The notes beneath the pieces were generated by a model. The model ran no database searches. It had not been told where the DNA came from and saw only the letters and a list, made by a program, of their open reading frames with translations. Source: an uncultured Armatimonadetes bacterium (GTDB taxonomy: Bacteria; Armatimonadota; Hebobacteria; Hebobacterales; Hebobacteraceae). From it: a DNA stretch of 64,000 nucleotides. A program made the translations under genes and the position numbers. The DNA is taken from assembly GCA_963716175.1 (NCBI GenBank), contig OY970296.1, forward strand, positions 452,031 to 516,030. The letters run 5' to 3'. Of this stretch, positions 60,539 through 64,000 are shown one piece after another (the stretch's first letter is position 1; each line of letters opens with the position of its first letter).

Positions 60539-61330
60539 TCAGGAACCGATCCCTTCGGAAGCGCCGGCCACTTGGCGTTTGACCTTCTCCCTGCCGGCCG
60601 CCAGAGCCTTCTTGATGTCGGCCTGGGAGAGAGCCGTGAAGCCGGAAACCGCTAGGTCCTTCTCAATTGCCTTGGCAGTGGCTTCGTAGAGGTTCTCCAG
60701 CGCGTTCATCACGGCCTCTAGGTGCGTCCCATAGAGACGCCCTAGCTCTTGGTCCGTTCGTGTCTGTACCTTGATCCTCCAGGAAGAGAAGCTAGAGAAC
60801 GCCTCCCAGAACGCAAACTGCACCCGGGCGGCAAGAATCACCGGATTCGAGTGCACGAAGCGGGCCAGCTCGACTAGGCGCGTATCCGTGCGCCGCGCGT
60901 CTTCCCGCTGGACATCAAGATCCGGGGTACTGGGCTCTTCGAAGAACCGAGGCGAGCAGTGCTGGTTCTTGGGCCACCGCAGGAGTTCAAGGCCGGTCTG
61001 TATCAACGGGAGCTCGTGGACCAGTTCGGCTAGGCACCGCATAAGTTCGCCGTACGCTGCGATTCTCTGCGCTAGCAGCAACTCCTGAAGGCGCTCCCTC
61101 CTCAGTCGGCGATGCCGCAGCAGATCGGCCAACAACATCATGCCTCCCGTTAGGAGGCTGCCCACTAACACGCCGACGAATGCGCTCCAGCCCGCCGGAA
61201 TGTCTCTTAGGTCTCGCGGCGGTGCCGCCGTGTTCACTCCATGCCCTGCAACTCTCCCCGCGTCACAAAAGGGGGGCGCTAGCAGCAGGAGCAAGTAGCT
61301 CATCGCAAGGACCACACGCCATCTTCTCAT
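60539..61330 (-). CDS. Hypothetical protein with an N-terminal signal/TM segment and a helical cytoplasmic region
   Basis: Protein-like composition; somewhat lower GC than the flanks; no recognisable domain. Confidence 0.45.
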   Translation of the reverse strand: MRRWRVVLAMSYLLLLLAPPFCDAGRVAGHGVNTAAPPRDLRDIPAGWSAFVGVLVGSLLTGGMMLLADLLRHRRLRRERLQELLLAQRIAAYGELMRCLAELVHELPLIQTGLELLRWPKNQHCSPRFFEEPSTPDLDVQREDARRTDTRLVELARFVHSNPVILAARVQFAFWEAFSSFSSWRIKVQTRTDQELGRLYGTHLEAVMNALENLYEATAKAIEKDLAVSGFTALSQADIKKALAAGREKVKRQVAGASEGIGS

Positions 61331-61383
61331 CGCCCCTCCTCTCGCTTCCGCAAGGGATCCTTCCATCTTCCGGCCCGGCTGGT

Positions 61384-62226
61384 CTATCCCTCGAAATCCA
61401 CAGCGATCTCTTTCGCCAGCCCCATCACATATCTCCGCGCCTGATCGTACTCCTCCGCGGTCTCCAGGTGCTCCAGCAGCACCGGCGGCTGGTGGGGTAG
61501 CTTCTGAACCTCCAACAGATGAGTCTTGATGTCGAATCCGCCCTGCCCCACCATCACCTCGTCCAGATGCACGGTGAGCTTCTGGTCCAGCCGCACGTCC
61601 TTGAGATGGCAGCACAGGATCTGCGGGCCGAGTTTGGCAAAGCACTCGCGGATCAGCGCAGCGTTGTCGTAGTAGCGCCGCGGGCTGTTGACGATATTCA
61701 CCACGTCCAGGTGCACGCCGAAGGCGGGCCGGCCAATAGCTTTGACCAGATCGAGATAGGAATCGGGGCTGTCCGGGATCGCCCAGGGCATCATCTCATA
61801 GGTCAGCTTAGCCCGCTTCGGACGCACCGCGTCGACGATCTCGCGGGCATTGGCCACCGCCAGGTCGAAGGTGTCCTGAGAGAAGTTGTGGGGGTGGTGG
61901 CCAGCCCAGTAATCGGCGTCGCGAGAGCCGGCGATGTTCACGCAGCAGAGCGCGCCGACCGCATCCGCCAACGCCAGAGCGCGCTTCATCCCCTCCAGGT
62001 TGGCGGCGCGCTTCGCCTCATCCGGGTCCATCAGGTTGTTCCACACTCCCACTTCCGCGATCACCACATCGTGCTTGGCGAACGCCTCCCGCACCGCGCG
62101 AGTCCCTGACTGGTCCTCGGGGTCGAGATGGGGGCAGTAGGCCGCCCGGTAGCCGAGCGCGCGGTGGGCGCGGGCAAGCTCCTCCGGGTCGGCTGTGTCA
62201 ACGAAGACCGGTCCACCTAGTCTCAT
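61384..62226 (-). CDS. Sugar phosphate isomerase/epimerase (xylose-isomerase-like TIM barrel)
   Basis: HLDVVNIV, CHLKD and the EHLET pattern of the AP_endonuc_2 family. Confidence 0.75.
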   Translation of the reverse strand: MRLGGPVFVDTADPEELARAHRALGYRAAYCPHLDPEDQSGTRAVREAFAKHDVVIAEVGVWNNLMDPDEAKRAANLEGMKRALALADAVGALCCVNIAGSRDADYWAGHHPHNFSQDTFDLAVANAREIVDAVRPKRAKLTYEMMPWAIPDSPDSYLDLVKAIGRPAFGVHLDVVNIVNSPRRYYDNAALIRECFAKLGPQILCCHLKDVRLDQKLTVHLDEVMVGQGGFDIKTHLLEVQKLPHQPPVLLEHLETAEEYDQARRYVMGLAKEIAVDFEG

Positions 62227-62540
62227 CTCACTCCTCCCATCCCCTGGCTTCCGCAAAGCTCCCCTCTGCCCTGCACGGCGCCGCTCTGGGCCCAGGCAGG
62301 AGGCTGCTGACTTGGTCCCGAACTCTGCGGCCGGAGGAACGCGCATGCAAGCTTGGCTGTCCAGTTCATTGGTTCGCCACTATCCCGGGTCGCGGCCCCG
62401 AAAGCGCAGCAGCCCTCGACCCGGGCGGCGGGCAGGCCTCACGCTCCACGCCGCGCGGGGAGAGCGTTTCGTTTCAGGCTGCGTTCCGCAGCGATGATCG
62501 AGACCTCAAGGTTCGCGCCTCCGCGAGCTCACGGGAGCCG

Positions 62541-63962
62541 GTGGCAGTGCGAGTGCGGCGCGTCGGCTACGTGCCGCTGGCTCACTTCTCCACAGAGACG
62601 CCGCCGGAGGAACTGGAGGGCCTGGGGTATCTGCCCGGCCTGGCGCCGGATCCGCTCTTCCCAGAGTCGGAAATCCATGCGGGACCATACGAGACCAACG
62701 CCTTCTGGATCAACGCCGATGTGCCGGCCGATACCCGCCCGGGCCCCTATCCAATCAGCGTGACCCTGTCGGCGGAGGGCGAGGAGACGCAGACACTGAC
62801 CGCGACGGTGAGAGTCCACCGCGGGGTGCTGGCCCTGCGCCGCGACTTTCCCGTCACCCACTGGTTCTACGCCGACGCGCTCTGCGACTGGTATAAGACT
62901 GCGCTCTGGCAGGAATCGTTTTGGCCCCTCCTCGATGCCTATCTCCGGGACCTGGCGCTTCATAACCTGGATACCACCCACATTCCTGCTTTCACTCCAC
63001 CCACCGACGGGGTGAAGAGGCCCACCCAACTGCTGGGAGTGAGCCGTCAGGACGACCGCTACCTCTTCGACTGGACCCTGGTGCGCCGCTGGATCAGGGC
63101 GGCCCGGGCCCAAGGCCTGTCACACGTCGAGTGGAACCACCTCTTCACCCAGTGGGGTGCGAAATGCGCCATCCGCGTCTACCAGGGCCATGGCGAGGAC
63201 GAGAAGCTGCTCTGGGCGCCCGAGACGCCGGCCGTTTCGGCCACCTACCGCGGCTTCCTGGCCCAGTACCTGCCCCAGCTCCGGCGCTTCCTGGAGGAGG
63301 AAGGGCTGACGGAAAGCAGCTTCTTCCACCTCTCGGACGAGCCGCATGGGGAGGAGCACCTCGCCAGCTACCGCGCCGCCCGCCAGATGCTGCGCGAGCT
63401 GGCGCCCTGGATGAAGGTGATGGACGCGCTCTCTCAGATTGAGTTCGCGCGCGAGGGGCTGACCGACGTCCCCATCCCGATTCTCGACGAGGCGCCGCAG
63501 TTCGTGCGAGAGGGCTTCCCGGCCTGGGCTTACTTCTGCTGCGGCCCCCGCGGCCGCTACCTGAACCGCCTCCTGGATACGCCCCTGCAGAAGATTCGCA
63601 TGGCCGGCTGGCTTTTCTACAGGAACCGCGCCCGTGGCGTCCTCCACTGGGGGTACAACTACTGGTACAAGTCGCAGACCAGAGAGCTGATTGACCCCTA
63701 TCAGGTGAGCGACGCGCTGGCCTGGCCCAGTTGGGCCTCAGGCGACCCCTTCCAGGTCTACCCGGGGAAGGCCGGGCCGGTGGACTCGATGCGATGGGAG
63801 GTGTGGGGGGAGAGCCTCCAGGATTACGGGCTGCTGCAGACGGCCGGTCTTGATCCTGATGACGCTCTGCTCGCGGACATCCGGGACTATGCCGATTTTC
63901 CGAGAGACGCAGGATGGATCAGCTCGCGCCGGAGACATTTGGTCTCCCGGCTGGGCGCGTAG
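62541..63962 (+). CDS. DUF4091-like putative glycoside-hydrolase-family protein
   Basis: HWGYNYWY and the surrounding aromatic-rich C-terminal region recall DUF4091. The N-terminal boundary is uncertain: an alternative frame upstream has MIETSRF... Confidence 0.45.
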   Translation: MAVRVRRVGYVPLAHFSTETPPEELEGLGYLPGLAPDPLFPESEIHAGPYETNAFWINADVPADTRPGPYPISVTLSAEGEETQTLTATVRVHRGVLALRRDFPVTHWFYADALCDWYKTALWQESFWPLLDAYLRDLALHNLDTTHIPAFTPPTDGVKRPTQLLGVSRQDDRYLFDWTLVRRWIRAARAQGLSHVEWNHLFTQWGAKCAIRVYQGHGEDEKLLWAPETPAVSATYRGFLAQYLPQLRRFLEEEGLTESSFFHLSDEPHGEEHLASYRAARQMLRELAPWMKVMDALSQIEFAREGLTDVPIPILDEAPQFVREGFPAWAYFCCGPRGRYLNRLLDTPLQKIRMAGWLFYRNRARGVLHWGYNYWYKSQTRELIDPYQVSDALAWPSWASGDPFQVYPGKAGPVDSMRWEVWGESLQDYGLLQTAGLDPDDALLADIRDYADFPRDAGWISSRRRHLVSRLGA

Positions 63963-64000
63963 CCAGGCAGAGATGGTGGTCAGCAGCGCGATGATGTTTG

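Noticed and set aside
62353-62763. ORF 62353..62763 upstream of, and overlapping, the DUF4091-like gene
   Set aside because: Arg/Ala/Pro-rich low-complexity; possibly conceals the true N-terminus of the DUF4091-like gene in another frame, but there is no positive evidence.

Overview
High-GC (roughly two-thirds G+C) bacterial chromosomal window. It is densely coding, with many GTGA/ATGA start-stop overlaps, and contains no rRNA, CRISPR array, transposase or integrase. Coordinates for the tRNA, repeats and hairpins were counted by hand and may be off by about 2 nt; CDS ends follow the ORF track.

Main blocks:
1. ~4.4-23.0 kb: one co-directional, translationally coupled operon for ABC-transporter-dependent glycan synthesis. 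It encodes an ABC-2 permease and ATPase, nine glycosyltransferase genes (GT2/GT4, two of them fusions, one a pyruvyltransferase-GT4 fusion), an NAD-dependent epimerase and a GmhB-like heptose-bisphosphate phosphatase.
2. Within that operon, a ~110-aa module resembling the N-terminal half of GT9 heptosyltransferases recurs six times, each followed by a hydrophobic helix. Three consecutive enzymes also share a conserved Arg/Trp-rich C-terminal tail.
3. 23.0-25.8 kb: ECF sigma, anti-sigma, and a polytopic envelope protein with a GH2-N-like sugar-binding domain and bactofilin-like repeats.
4. 26.7-28.5 kb: three tandem Roadblock/LC7 genes, the first fused to TPR repeats.
5. 28.5-36.3 kb: ferredoxin, tRNA-Met(CAT), a large TPR protein, an FKBP isomerase, a DMT transporter and a Lon-like protease.
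6. 36.4-37.4 kb: a visibly low-GC island carrying an AbiJ/HEPN-type abortive-infection-like gene, bounded by REP-like palindromes and next to a radical SAM/SPASM enzyme.
7. 39.2-44.0 kb: HlyD adaptor, DUF1854, and an ABC exporter with an N-terminal PH-like plus zinc-ribbon extension.
8. 44.3-48.4 kb: a large membrane protein with a Gfo/Idh/MocA oxidoreductase and a TIM-barrel sugar-phosphate isomerase.
9. 48.5-56.0 kb: small-molecule modifying enzymes (three methyltransferases, an APH-like kinase, two GNATs, NUDIX) plus rsgA.
10. 56.2-59.1 kb: a SIS/HAD/PfkB sugar operon, then rmuC, a hypothetical protein and a DUF4091-like protein.

A family of GTAGGGC(A/G)GG-headed palindromic repeats occupies at least seven intergenic sites. 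Three loci show apparent frameshifts in G/C runs.
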